A stretch of DNA of 34,521 nucleotides. Origin: a virus. Its lineage: Duplodnaviria; Caudoviricetes. The stretch lies in IMG/VR virus record IMGVR_UViG_3300035105_000009, positions 1-34,521 of that record. One strand, given 5' to 3'. The position numbers were made by a program, and so were the translations under genes. The notes beneath the pieces are model-generated. The model was not told the origin of the DNA. It did not search any database and saw only the letters and a program-made list of their open reading frames with translations. Positions 17,299 to 27,202 of the stretch are shown one piece after another (the first letter of the stretch is position 1; every line of letters begins with the position of its first letter).

Positions 17299-17699
17299 TC
17301 GGGAAAGCAATCAACAGCATTTTAACAAACGATGCAACGGTAAAAGCTATCACTACGAGATGCTATCCTTTTGTCAAGATTCCACAAAATCCCACGTATC
17401 CCTTTATCGCTTACTCTGTATTTGGGCGGGGAGAAAATGCGCTTCGGGGGCCGAGTGGGAAAGAAAACCCTCGCGTTCAAATTGATTTATGGGTTCAAGA
17501 GACTACAGACGGTGAAGCTGGCTATTCAAATCTCAGGGTGTTGTCTAAGGCTGTGAAGTCAGCTTTAGGGGGGTACAGTGGAACGGTAGAGGGAATAACC
17601 GTCAAATCCATATTATTTATTTCAGATTTTGAGCAAAAAGAACCAGAAGTTGATGCCTTAAGGATAATAGCTGATTACAGTGTTTGGTATACAATATAA
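17295..17699 (+). CDS. Tail terminator/completion protein (DUF3168-like)
   Basis: PQNPTYPFIAY and PRVQIDLW motifs; precedes the tail tube gene. Confidence 0.8.
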   Translation: MIGKAINSILTNDATVKAITTRCYPFVKIPQNPTYPFIAYSVFGRGENALRGPSGKENPRVQIDLWVQETTDGEAGYSNLRVLSKAVKSALGGYSGTVEGITVKSILFISDFEQKEPEVDALRIIADYSVWYTI

Positions 17700-17718
17700 A
17701 ACAAGGAGGAATTAAGCC

Positions 17719-18366
17719 ATGGCAGTAGATATGCTGGAATCACAGGGAACCAAATTAGAGATGAACACCGGGACGGGTGGGGCTATAACCATAACGGAAA
17801 TCAGCCTCACCAATCCTATGATATTAACCGCCGCCGCGCACGGTTTGTCAAACGGTGATGTTGTCGCGGCTGCAAGCTTCGCCGGGGATGATGCGGCGGA
17901 CATCAACGGGAATACCTATGTGGTCTCGCATGTAACAACGAATACGTTTGCGATTGATCTTGATTCAACAGCCCTGACGATCACCGACAACACCGATACC
18001 GCCACAATGACCCCGCAGACGTACACGGAGATCTGCTCAATCACTGATTGGGATTTGCCCGGCGATACCCACAACATGATTGATTACACCGCCCTTGGAT
18101 CGACACGTGCTGAAGAGAAGCCGGGTATTCCCCGTGGCGGTGCGGTGACTTTCTCAGTCAACTGGACTTCCGATGATACCGGATTGCTGGCGGCGGAAAC
18201 GGCTAGGGCGGCAAAGACTCTCAAGACCTTCAAGCTCACCTATTCCGATGATTCGGTTCACACCTTCACCGGCTACGTAATCGGGATTAATGATTCGGGC
18301 GGCGGCGACGACAAGGTGAACGGATCAATCACAATACACAGAGTAGGAGCGTTGACACTCTCATGA
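17719..18366 (+). CDS. Tail tube protein with inserted FCCH-like domain
   Basis: SQGTKL, EEKPG, TFTGYV motifs; insert ISLTNPMILTAAAHGLSNGD..INGNTYVV..NTFAI. Confidence 0.85.
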   Translation: MAVDMLESQGTKLEMNTGTGGAITITEISLTNPMILTAAAHGLSNGDVVAAASFAGDDAADINGNTYVVSHVTTNTFAIDLDSTALTITDNTDTATMTPQTYTEICSITDWDLPGDTHNMIDYTALGSTRAEEKPGIPRGGAVTFSVNWTSDDTGLLAAETARAAKTLKTFKLTYSDDSVHTFTGYVIGINDSGGGDDKVNGSITIHRVGALTLS

Positions 18367-18713
18367 TCACTGGACTAAAGATCACAACAATCGAAGGTAA
18401 GCCTTATTATCTCCGCTACACCTGGGCGGCTCTTGCCGAGGTTGCGGAGAAGTACGGCGACAATCCGAATCTTTTTGAGCCGGAAACGGTGGCCTTTGTC
18501 GGGTCGGCTGGCATGCGGGAGAAACATCCCGAGATGACCCCCGAGAAGATCATGGAACTATCGCCACCGCTGATCCCCTTTGCAAACGATGTCCAAGAGG
18601 CTTTGAAGTTGGCGTACTTCGGCGATGCTCCTGTCCCTGACGGGGACGTAAAAAAAAAGCGGACCCTGACTGGTTGGATCAGGCGTATCGCTCGGCGGTG
18701 GTTGCAGGATTAA
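18363..18713 (+). CDS. Tail assembly chaperone (gpG-like)
   Basis: Lies between tube and tape measure; slippery site near the 3' end. Confidence 0.8.
   Translation: MITGLKITTIEGKPYYLRYTWAALAEVAEKYGDNPNLFEPETVAFVGSAGMREKHPEMTPEKIMELSPPLIPFANDVQEALKLAYFGDAPVPDGDVKKKRTLTGWIRRIARRWLQD
18650..18659 (+). other. Programmed -1 ribosomal frameshift site
   Basis: A9G run containing in-frame A AAA AAG; the -1 frame is open to 18931. Confidence 0.8.
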
Positions 18714-18931
18714 GCCCGGTTGAATTTTGGGAGCTGACGCCGTATCAAACCCGGCTGGCGATGGAAGCAACGCTGGAACGATCTGACAAACAGGCATGGA
18801 TGATAGCGGCGTTCACCCGGACGAAGAAGTTACCGAAGTACGAGAAATTAAGCCGGGGTAAAAAACCAGTCAGGAGCAGTCTGGATTTGAAACGAGCCAT
18901 GCAAGCAACTGCGGCAAAGGAAAAGAGATAA
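18656..18931 (+). CDS. Tail assembly chaperone extension (gpT-like, -1 frame)
   Basis: GLSPVEFWELTP motif; no clear RBS of its own. Confidence 0.75.
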   Translation, partial: KADPDWLDQAYRSAVVAGLSPVEFWELTPYQTRLAMEATLERSDKQAWMIAAFTRTKKLPKYEKLSRGKKPVRSSLDLKRAMQATAAKEKR

Positions 18932-21069
18932 TGGCATCACAGCCTATTGGATCACTAAGAGCAGAACTTTCAGCCGGTCACGCGCAGTTTTCGTCCGATA
19001 TGAAGAAGGCAAAGGACGCCGTCCAGAAAAACGCCTCCGGTATGTCCGCTGCAATGGGGAAGGTGGGTAAAAAGTTTACCGAAGCTGCAACCGCCCTGAA
19101 TAAATACGCTGGCTATGCCGTTGCCGCTGCAATCGCAGCCTCTGTTGCGTTCATAAAGAAGCAGATCACCGTTGCCGATGAAATGGGGAAACTCGCACAG
19201 GCTACCGGCACCACCTCCGAGTATCTATCCTCTATGGCCCTTGTAGCCTCCCAGGGCGGCACAACCCTTGAAACTGTAGCGAAGGGCACCAAGAAGCTCT
19301 CTCAAAATATGTATGACGTGAGCAAGGGCATTGGAGAAGCCAAGGATGCCTTTGAGGATCTGAACATCAAGGTTGCGAACTCTGATGGAACTCTCCGAAG
19401 CTCTGAAGAGGTTATGAAAGACATTGCAACCCGATTCTCCAAGATGGAGGACGGCGCAGCGAAGACCGCCTATGCAATGGACATCTTCGGACGGGCCGGG
19501 GCAGAACTAATTCCCATGCTGAACGGTGGCCGGGACGGGATCGAACAGTTGCAGAAAAAGGCCGAAGAGATGGGGCTGGTTATCTCCACCAAGACCGCAC
19601 TTGAAGCCGCCTACTTCAATGATCAACTTGATATTTTGATGAAATCGGCACAGGGGGCGGGCAGGGGCCTGGCTCTTAGTCTTATCCCCTGGCTAAACGA
19701 AACCCTTGCAGTAATGAAGCTGGCAAAAGAAGAATCCGGCACTCTCATGGCGGCGTGGGTGGGGTTAGGGGCCGTGGGGGAGGCAATCTTTGGGAAATCC
19801 TTAACGCAACAGATCAGAGAAGCAGAGGAAAGAGTAGCGCGTCTATCTGATCAATTAAAGAAAGCTGGGTCTCACGAGACAGCAGGGCTCAGAATACTCG
19901 GCATGGACACATCGGAAGCCGAACTTGCCGAAGCGCGGGCGCAATTAGATGCACTCCAGAGGCAGAAAGAAGCGATAGACGCAGCCGATAAATCCAGAAT
20001 GGAAGCTTCTTTAAGGCGCTATCAGGAAGAGGCAGAACAACGTCGTAAAAATACAGAAGAACTGATCAAACAACAACAGGCCCGGATAGATGCTCAGATC
20101 AAAGCAAAGGAAGCGGAGATAGCCGCAAATGCAGAAGCAAAAAAAGCAGCCGAAGAAAAGAAACAATTAGAACAAGAGGCACAGGCATTATACGAATTGA
20201 GACGAGAACTCTATCTACAGGACGAAGCCGCTAAATTTGCAGAACTGGAAGAATATGAAAAAGAGTATGCAGAGAAACAGGCCAAATTTCAGGAAGCTCA
20301 TAAACGCGCAACATTAACGTCAAAAGATTACGAACTACAACAATTGAGATCATTATATGACGAATACGCAACCTATATAGACGATAAAACAAAACTCGAT
20401 GAATGGTATGCGGCAGAAAAAGAAAAGATACTCGGCAAAAGTGTTGAAAAAGAAAAAAGCAACATAAACGAACTCAAAACAGCTATCGAAGGCTGGGGCC
20501 GCGATAGTACCGATGCGATAGTAGAATTCGCCCGGACAGGTGAGATGTCCTTCAGTGACATGATCGACTCGATGATTGATGATCTTCTGAGGATGATGAT
20601 TTACCAGAATACCACCGGGCCGCTGTTTTCTGGATTCGGGTCTATGATCGCAGGAAAAGGTTTTGGTGCTGGCGTTGCGGCTTTTCAAGGCTCCGCCCAC
20701 GGCAACGTATTCCAGAATGGAAACCTCATACCTTTTGCATCCGGGGGTATCGTTACCCGTCCAACAGTCTTCCCTATGGCGCAAGGTGCGGGGCTGATGG
20801 GTGAGGCCGGAGCAGAGGCAATCATGCCCTTAACCCGTATCGGCGGGGACTTGGGAGTGAAGTCAACCGGCGGCGGGGCAGTCGTGAACATCTATAACAA
20901 TGTGGGAGCCGATGTCTCAACCTCAGAGCGTACCACAGCGGACGGCCAGAAAGCGATTGATGTCTATATTGATCAGGCCGTGGCCAGGAAGCTCGGCACC
21001 TTCGGAAGTCAATCCAACAAGGCGATGCGTCAGAGCTTCGGGGCGCGTCAACAGTTGACGGGGAGATAG
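18931..21069 (+). CDS. Tape measure protein
   Basis: 712 aa, Ala-rich helical; IFGRAGAELIPMLNGG; C-terminal FASGGIVTRPT..MGEAGAEAIMPL. Confidence 0.93.
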   Translation: MASQPIGSLRAELSAGHAQFSSDMKKAKDAVQKNASGMSAAMGKVGKKFTEAATALNKYAGYAVAAAIAASVAFIKKQITVADEMGKLAQATGTTSEYLSSMALVASQGGTTLETVAKGTKKLSQNMYDVSKGIGEAKDAFEDLNIKVANSDGTLRSSEEVMKDIATRFSKMEDGAAKTAYAMDIFGRAGAELIPMLNGGRDGIEQLQKKAEEMGLVISTKTALEAAYFNDQLDILMKSAQGAGRGLALSLIPWLNETLAVMKLAKEESGTLMAAWVGLGAVGEAIFGKSLTQQIREAEERVARLSDQLKKAGSHETAGLRILGMDTSEAELAEARAQLDALQRQKEAIDAADKSRMEASLRRYQEEAEQRRKNTEELIKQQQARIDAQIKAKEAEIAANAEAKKAAEEKKQLEQEAQALYELRRELYLQDEAAKFAELEEYEKEYAEKQAKFQEAHKRATLTSKDYELQQLRSLYDEYATYIDDKTKLDEWYAAEKEKILGKSVEKEKSNINELKTAIEGWGRDSTDAIVEFARTGEMSFSDMIDSMIDDLLRMMIYQNTTGPLFSGFGSMIAGKGFGAGVAAFQGSAHGNVFQNGNLIPFASGGIVTRPTVFPMAQGAGLMGEAGAEAIMPLTRIGGDLGVKSTGGGAVVNIYNNVGADVSTSERTTADGQKAIDVYIDQAVARKLGTFGSQSNKAMRQSFGARQQLTGR

Positions 21070-21071
21070 AT

Positions 21072-21431
21072 ATGGCAGTGCCAGCATGGGATAGTGATTT
21101 ACCTCAAGAGCTATTTGTCAACGGCTACAGTCAGTCACCGCCGAATGTGACTATCAAGTCTGATATGGACGCAGGCCCGGCCAAAGTACGGCGGCGGTTC
21201 ACGGCTGGCGTGGAGCCGGTATCCGGTACGATGCTGATGACAGCCGCACAGTTGGCGATCCTGGATACCTTCTTTAATACGACATTGCTTGGTGGTGCTC
21301 TTCGTTTTTCCTGGACGAAGCCGCCTGCTCATACCGTGTCGTGTGAGATGAGATTTACCGAGCCTCCGACATGGACGGCACTTGAGCCCGGAACGTATGA
21401 AGTCAGCATGTCATTTGAGGTGCTTCCATGA
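21072..21431 (+). CDS. Distal tail protein (gpM-like)
   Basis: SDMDAGPAKVRRRFTA; follows the tape measure gene. Confidence 0.8.
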   Translation: MAVPAWDSDLPQELFVNGYSQSPPNVTIKSDMDAGPAKVRRRFTAGVEPVSGTMLMTAAQLAILDTFFNTTLLGGALRFSWTKPPAHTVSCEMRFTEPPTWTALEPGTYEVSMSFEVLP

Positions 21432-21943
21432 CCACAACATCACTAAACTTCAGAGAAGCCGCTTTCTCACAGGAGACCGGCCGCGTTCCCATCGCCTTGA
21501 TAACGTTGTCTCATGATGACCTTGCCGACGATATAAGGATCAGCACCGATCCGACGCAGGAATTGACCGAACTGACTACTGACACGGAGAAAGTATATGG
21601 CACCGTATCAAACGGTGACAACTACGTCTTCCTTCCCGTCCGAATTAAGCTCCCCGATGATACTGACGAGGGACCAGGAGAGATGCAGCTTGAGATCGAC
21701 AACATTCATCGGGCTTACACCGAGACGATCCGAAGCGTTTATACGCCAGTGACGTGTCGTGTGGACATCGTGCTGGACAACGCCCTTGATACGATTGACG
21801 CAAGCTGGCCGGAATTTCAGCTAGTGAATATAACGTATAACGCAACAACGATAACCGGGACGCTCCGGCTTGAGACGCTTGAGTCCGAGCCATTTCCGGC
21901 GGGGGCGTTTGTGCCGTCGTACTTTCCGGGGCTGTTCGGGTGA
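21428..21943 (+). CDS. Minor tail protein (DUF1833/gpL-like)
   Basis: LITLSH, LEIDNI, EPFPA..FPGLF. Confidence 0.8.
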   Translation: MTTTSLNFREAAFSQETGRVPIALITLSHDDLADDIRISTDPTQELTELTTDTEKVYGTVSNGDNYVFLPVRIKLPDDTDEGPGEMQLEIDNIHRAYTETIRSVYTPVTCRVDIVLDNALDTIDASWPEFQLVNITYNATTITGTLRLETLESEPFPAGAFVPSYFPGLFG

Positions 21944-22011
21944 GGGTAAGGTATAGGCAAAGCCGAGAAAAGGCCGTACAGGGCAAATATGAAGGCCGTT
22001 AAATAGTTGAT

Positions 22012-22401
22012 ATGATTGAATATGTTGGAATACCATTTTTGAAGGACGGAAACGACCGAAACGGGCTTGATTGCTGGAGATTGGTGGTCATGGTTTACAA
22101 GGATCGGCTGGGGATCGACCTCCCCGACTTCGCCGGGGCGTATGTGGACGGGTCTCTTGCCTCGCTGAAAAAGGTCTCCCGGATGATCCGGGACGGGAAA
22201 CAGGCATGGCAGAAAGTTGACAAGCCTCTTCCCTTTGACGTGATCCTGCTCCGCACGGGCAGCATGGTGTATCATGTCGGGCTGGTTATTGATCGGAAGA
22301 GGATGCTCCATGTCATGGAGGGCATTAACTCCACGATTGAAGAGTTTACCGGTATACAATGGAAGAAGAAGGTTGAGGGGTTCTATCGCTATGTCCGATA
22401 G
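22012..22401 (+). CDS. NlpC/P60 tail assembly protein
   Basis: YVGIPF..GLDCWRLV..HVGL..MLH. Confidence 0.88.
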   Translation: MIEYVGIPFLKDGNDRNGLDCWRLVVMVYKDRLGIDLPDFAGAYVDGSLASLKKVSRMIRDGKQAWQKVDKPLPFDVILLRTGSMVYHVGLVIDRKRMLHVMEGINSTIEEFTGIQWKKKVEGFYRYVR

Positions 22402-25400
22402 GCAGATCATCATAACACCCGCGCAGTTTCATGCGCCGAAGGTGATGCAGGTTCCGCATGGCCTGACAATCCGGCAAATCGTAGAACAGGCTGATGCCTC
22501 CGCGTGGACTGATACCTATATCGTGGAGATTGACGGTGTACCTGTTCCTCGCTCTCAGTGGTCCTTGATCCCTGATGAGAAATCCCATGTCCTGATCTAT
22601 GCCCCCCTGCATGGCGGTGGGGGCGGTGGCAAGAACCCGCTCCGAACTGTCCTGACGATTGCAGTCATAGTTGCGGCGACGTATGTGTCCGGCGGGGCCT
22701 TTGCCACCACTGGAGGGTGGTTTGCTGCCGGTTCAATGTCTGCCTCTCTTGCGGCGGCGGGGACGCTTACCGCCGGAATGCTCCTCGTCAACGCCGTTGC
22801 TCCGGTGAAACTGACCGGGACAGTTTCTGCAAATCAGAACTATGAGGACTCCCCCACCTATTCAATCGGCGCAAACTCGAATCAGGAAAATCCGTGGGGT
22901 GTGGTTCCTGTTGCCCTTGGCACGCATAAAGTCTACCCTCCCCTTGGCGCAAAATCATACACGGAACTCGTTGGCTCAGATGAATATCTCAGAATGCTGG
23001 TGGTGTGGGGGTACGGTCCGCTTGATATATCTGATATCAAACTCGGCGATACGCTCCTGTCCTCGTACTCTAACTGCGAGATCGAAACAAACGAAGGGTG
23101 GTCAACGGATACGCCCTTGACGCTTTTCCCGTCGGCGGTCAATCAGGTTTCTGTCGGAACAATTTTAACCTCCGCCACAGGCCAGATCGTGAGAACGGCA
23201 CAGGCGAATGTTGACGAGTTATCGGTTGACATATCTTTCCCCCGTGGGCTGGTCCAGTACAACAACGAGGGTACCCGCACGGCTCAGAGCGTTACCGTGC
23301 TTGTCCAATACCGTGAGGTAGGGGGAGGCGCCTGGACTGATGTAGAAACCAAAACTTTTACCGACTTGACAACCTCCGCAGTCCGCTACGGCTGGCGGTG
23401 GACAGTTGACAACACCAAGCAGTACGAGATCGGTATCACCCGCACAACCGCCGATACCGACGATGATAAAATCATCGACGAGGTGTACTGGACATATCTC
23501 AGGAGCATTGAGACCACCTACCCCATTTCGTTCCCTCACAATCTGGCGGTCTCCGCAATCAGGATCAAGGCCACCGACCAACTGAGCGGCACAATCGACA
23601 ACCTCAATGGCGTTGTATCGTCTTATTGCCCGGTGTGGGATTCTGTCGAAGAAGAATGGGGCTCTGCTGAAGTAGATTATGAGATCACCAACAACCCCGC
23701 CGCCCTTATCAGGTGGGTGCTGATGGGGAGCGCGAACGCGAGGGCGCGGACATCTACGCAGATCGACAATGATACCCTTGGTGAGTTTTACGAGTTTTGC
23801 GAAACCAATGGCTACGCCTTTAATATGTATCGGGATTATACGGCCTCTGTATTCGAGACCTGCCAAGACATAGCGGCGGCGGCGCGGGGATCGGTAACGA
23901 TTAAGGACGGCCTTTGGTCAGTGACTGCTGATACCGGAGAGCAGACACTCGTACAGCATATCACGCCCCGGAACTCATGGGGGTTCAGTGCGGAAAAGAC
24001 ACTGTATAACCGGCCTCACGCCTTCAGGATTAAATTCAAGAACGAGGATAACGGCTGGGATGACGATGAGCGGATTGTCTACGATGACGGCTACACCTCG
24101 GCGAATGCCACGCTTTTCGAGTCGATTGAATTTCCCGGAATAACCGATCCAGACTTGATCTGGAAGTTCGGGCGATTCCATATTGCACAGGCGCGGCTCA
24201 GGCCGGAAGTGTATACGCTTAACATGGACTTTGAGCACCTTGTTTGTCGAAGAGGTGACAAGGTCCGCGTCTCTCACGATATCCCGCTGTGGGGCAGCGG
24301 ATGGGGTAGGGTGAAGTCATTAACTATTGACGGCGGGAACATTACCCATGTTACGCTTGATGAATTGGTGACAATGGAGGCAGGCAAATCCTACGCCTGT
24401 AGGTTCAGGCTGGCGGACGGCAAGACGCTGGTTCTGTCTGTCGTTACTGTTGCGGGAGAGACAGTCGTCCTTGAGCTAGCGACACCTGTTGCGGAGGCTC
24501 TTGGCCCGAAGGTCGGCGACCTTGCGATGTTCGGGGAGGCCGAGAGGGAAACTGTAGAGCTCTTGGTGCATTCGATCACTCGCGCCTCTGATTTCACTGC
24601 CCAGTTATTCCTCGTCGATGTTGCTTCCGATATTTACAATGCCGATACGGGCGAAATACCGCCATTCGACCCGCAGACGACAACGCCTATCGATATTACG
24701 ACACTTGCTCCCGATCCGCCGACAATAAACGGCACAGATACCGGGACGGATGTTTCTACTACTTCCGGGGGCGGGTCTGTATCGTCTCTCATAGTATATT
24801 TGTCCCCGCCTCCAAATGACGTACGAATCAGGGGCTATCGTGTTCGGTATCGAATCACCGGCGAATCACAGTGGCAGTACACGCCGGAGATGGAGACGCT
24901 TACAATAACGATACCGGCAGTGGTAGAGGGAGTGGAATACGAGATACAGGCACAATCAATATCGGTTTATGGAATACCATCAACCTGGACATCAATTGGG
25001 ACCGGGACACCTGCGACACCCCAAATAGTCCCGTCCCATCCCACAAACATATCTGCTTATTTAGTAGCAGGTGGGGAGGCCTATAATTATTGCGCGGTAA
25101 GTGTCACTTTCACGCCTCCGACCGATCCGGTTTTTTCTCATTGCGATGTGTACGCTTCCAACGATGATTCGACATATCATTATGTGGGCCGCAATAGTAC
25201 AGGTTCATTCATTTTTTCTGGAATGGGCTCCGTTTATGAAGCGGATGACATTTGTTATATTAAGCTCCGTAGCGTCTCAATTTATGAATTATCAGAGGAT
25301 ATGCCTGCCGTTGCTGATGATTCAGTCTCGATTACTGGATATATCCGGCTTGCTGGATTTTATGCCGGAGCGCAGTTCTTCGGTGACGCTGCTAATCCGA

Positions 25401-27190
25401 ACAATGCGAAGATTCTGCTCGACAAGGCCAACACCTTAATCCGGCTGGGCGATCTGTCTGCTCCCAATCTCATTATGGACGGGGATTATAGCGGAGTTCC
25501 GGCTGTCAGAAGCTCCAATTACGTCTCTGGTACTTTCGGTGCTGGATTTCTTCTAAAGCCCGACCTGCTCGAAGTCGGCAATATCGCTGCCAGGGGGATC
25601 ATCAGGACATCCGTTTTCGAGTACGATTCCGTGTCGGTGCATTCCGGATCGGACGTCACGGTAAAGGGCGGTGATGTGCTTGCGAGTGATATGACCGCCG
25701 CCGATGACGCAACACTCACCATCGGAGGCCACGATACTTTTGAGGCTGGCGACATTCTGCGCATCACGGAGGGGACTGACGACGAATGGCTAAGGGTAAG
25801 TACAATCATCAATGCTCCCACCTATGGTGTTGTCCGTGATCTGGCCGGTTCTTATGCGGTCAACAACAATCCTGCATGGACGAAGGGAGCGAGCGTATCG
25901 AATTACGGTAAATCCGGTGATGGCGGTATCTATATTACTGCGAGTGATGCCGATGCCCCGAATTTGAGCGTTTTTACTCACGCCGGAAGTCCTTGGAACG
26001 ATATAATCACCCACCTGCGTCTCGGCAATCTCAATGGATATGCGGGGTATGAAGCGGACACGTATGGCATGGCGGCTTATATTAATGCCAACAATTACAT
26101 CAAAATCGATCCGGTAAATGGTATCAGGATGACCGGCAGCATTGTTATTACCGGTGGATCAGGTATAGCTTCTTTATCAGATGCCGGTGCGTTGGCTACG
26201 AAAAGTTCGGTCAACTCCACGACTATTGACGCCGGTAGTATCACCCTTGAAAAGTGTGCCGCTGAAACAACTGCCAGACTGTTCTCCGATGACACAGCCA
26301 AGGCCAACATCGAGGCATGGCGCAAGGCGGGCTCTCCGACCTACATGGACGGCACATATATCTTCGCTCAGTCCATTACAGCCGACAAATTCATATCTAC
26401 CCTTTACGGCGACATGAACCAGGCGATGGCCTACGTCAAGACCGTGCTGGGGGCAGGCGATGAATATGAGCATGATGTTACGGAGGCTGACCTGGAAGCT
26501 GGAACAGACAGCACTATTGATGCTGATACTCATATTGATTACGGTATTTCAATTAGAATAGCCACAGCTACGAAATGGGATGACGGTGGTGCGGTTTGGG
26601 ATACTGGTACGTGGGATGAACCAACTGACGCTTCAGGGTCATGGACTTCTGCTTCAATGGATATGGGGAGTTCTAAGACTTTACAAATGGCTTTGCGATA
26701 TACAGTTGTTGAAGAGACTCCTGCTTCTACAACTCCGGTTATTAAAATCATCTACTCTACGGATAATACGAACTGGGGTACAAATGTGGCACTGAATGAT
26801 AATGTTTGGGAAACGGCGACAATTCAAAACATTACAGAAAGTATTTATAAAGCTGCTGGAACCCTAAAGACTTTTAGATATTTCAAGGTTAAGGTTGAGC
26901 TTTCAACCACAGTAACGACAGACCGGATTATTCTTCGCGCAATGACCTATTTAGGAAACGTGGTTAATATATTCGGTCAGGAAGTAAATAAAACAATAGC
27001 CGCAGGTGGTACGGCAATCTCTTTAAATGGATTTAACGCTACTCCGGCAATTACAGTAACGCCGGTAGGAGCAACAGCATTAGTTCCGTTAATAACAGCG
27101 CAATCTAAAGACAGCGTAACGGTAAAATTATACAATCTGGCAGGGAATTCTGTTGGCGGGGTCTGCAATCTAACAATAATTGGAGTTTAG
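22391..27190 (+). CDS. Tail tip/host specificity protein (gpI-gpJ-like, FN3-like domains)
   Basis: Ubiquitin-like N-terminus, GGGGKNPLR, VDISFPRGL, TNNPA, QHITPRNSWGF. ATG 22391 overlaps the NlpC gene end. Confidence 0.9.
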   Translation: MSDRQIIITPAQFHAPKVMQVPHGLTIRQIVEQADASAWTDTYIVEIDGVPVPRSQWSLIPDEKSHVLIYAPLHGGGGGGKNPLRTVLTIAVIVAATYVSGGAFATTGGWFAAGSMSASLAAAGTLTAGMLLVNAVAPVKLTGTVSANQNYEDSPTYSIGANSNQENPWGVVPVALGTHKVYPPLGAKSYTELVGSDEYLRMLVVWGYGPLDISDIKLGDTLLSSYSNCEIETNEGWSTDTPLTLFPSAVNQVSVGTILTSATGQIVRTAQANVDELSVDISFPRGLVQYNNEGTRTAQSVTVLVQYREVGGGAWTDVETKTFTDLTTSAVRYGWRWTVDNTKQYEIGITRTTADTDDDKIIDEVYWTYLRSIETTYPISFPHNLAVSAIRIKATDQLSGTIDNLNGVVSSYCPVWDSVEEEWGSAEVDYEITNNPAALIRWVLMGSANARARTSTQIDNDTLGEFYEFCETNGYAFNMYRDYTASVFETCQDIAAAARGSVTIKDGLWSVTADTGEQTLVQHITPRNSWGFSAEKTLYNRPHAFRIKFKNEDNGWDDDERIVYDDGYTSANATLFESIEFPGITDPDLIWKFGRFHIAQARLRPEVYTLNMDFEHLVCRRGDKVRVSHDIPLWGSGWGRVKSLTIDGGNITHVTLDELVTMEAGKSYACRFRLADGKTLVLSVVTVAGETVVLELATPVAEALGPKVGDLAMFGEAERETVELLVHSITRASDFTAQLFLVDVASDIYNADTGEIPPFDPQTTTPIDITTLAPDPPTINGTDTGTDVSTTSGGGSVSSLIVYLSPPPNDVRIRGYRVRYRITGESQWQYTPEMETLTITIPAVVEGVEYEIQAQSISVYGIPSTWTSIGTGTPATPQIVPSHPTNISAYLVAGGEAYNYCAVSVTFTPPTDPVFSHCDVYASNDDSTYHYVGRNSTGSFIFSGMGSVYEADDICYIKLRSVSIYELSEDMPAVADDSVSITGYIRLAGFYAGAQFFGDAANPNNAKILLDKANTLIRLGDLSAPNLIMDGDYSGVPAVRSSNYVSGTFGAGFLLKPDLLEVGNIAARGIIRTSVFEYDSVSVHSGSDVTVKGGDVLASDMTAADDATLTIGGHDTFEAGDILRITEGTDDEWLRVSTIINAPTYGVVRDLAGSYAVNNNPAWTKGASVSNYGKSGDGGIYITASDADAPNLSVFTHAGSPWNDIITHLRLGNLNGYAGYEADTYGMAAYINANNYIKIDPVNGIRMTGSIVITGGSGIASLSDAGALATKSSVNSTTIDAGSITLEKCAAETTARLFSDDTAKANIEAWRKAGSPTYMDGTYIFAQSITADKFISTLYGDMNQAMAYVKTVLGAGDEYEHDVTEADLEAGTDSTIDADTHIDYGISIRIATATKWDDGGAVWDTGTWDEPTDASGSWTSASMDMGSSKTLQMALRYTVVEETPASTTPVIKIIYSTDNTNWGTNVALNDNVWETATIQNITESIYKAAGTLKTFRYFKVKVELSTTVTTDRIILRAMTYLGNVVNIFGQEVNKTIAAGGTAISLNGFNATPAITVTPVGATALVPLITAQSKDSVTVKLYNLAGNSVGGVCNLTIIGV

Positions 27191-27202
27191 GAGGAAAGAA
27201 AA

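Noticed and set aside
22274-22390. N-terminal extensions in the ORF track (also starts at 4940, 7903, 11135, 12457, 29179, 32464)
   Set aside because: Downstream ATGs have better RBS or overlap geometry.
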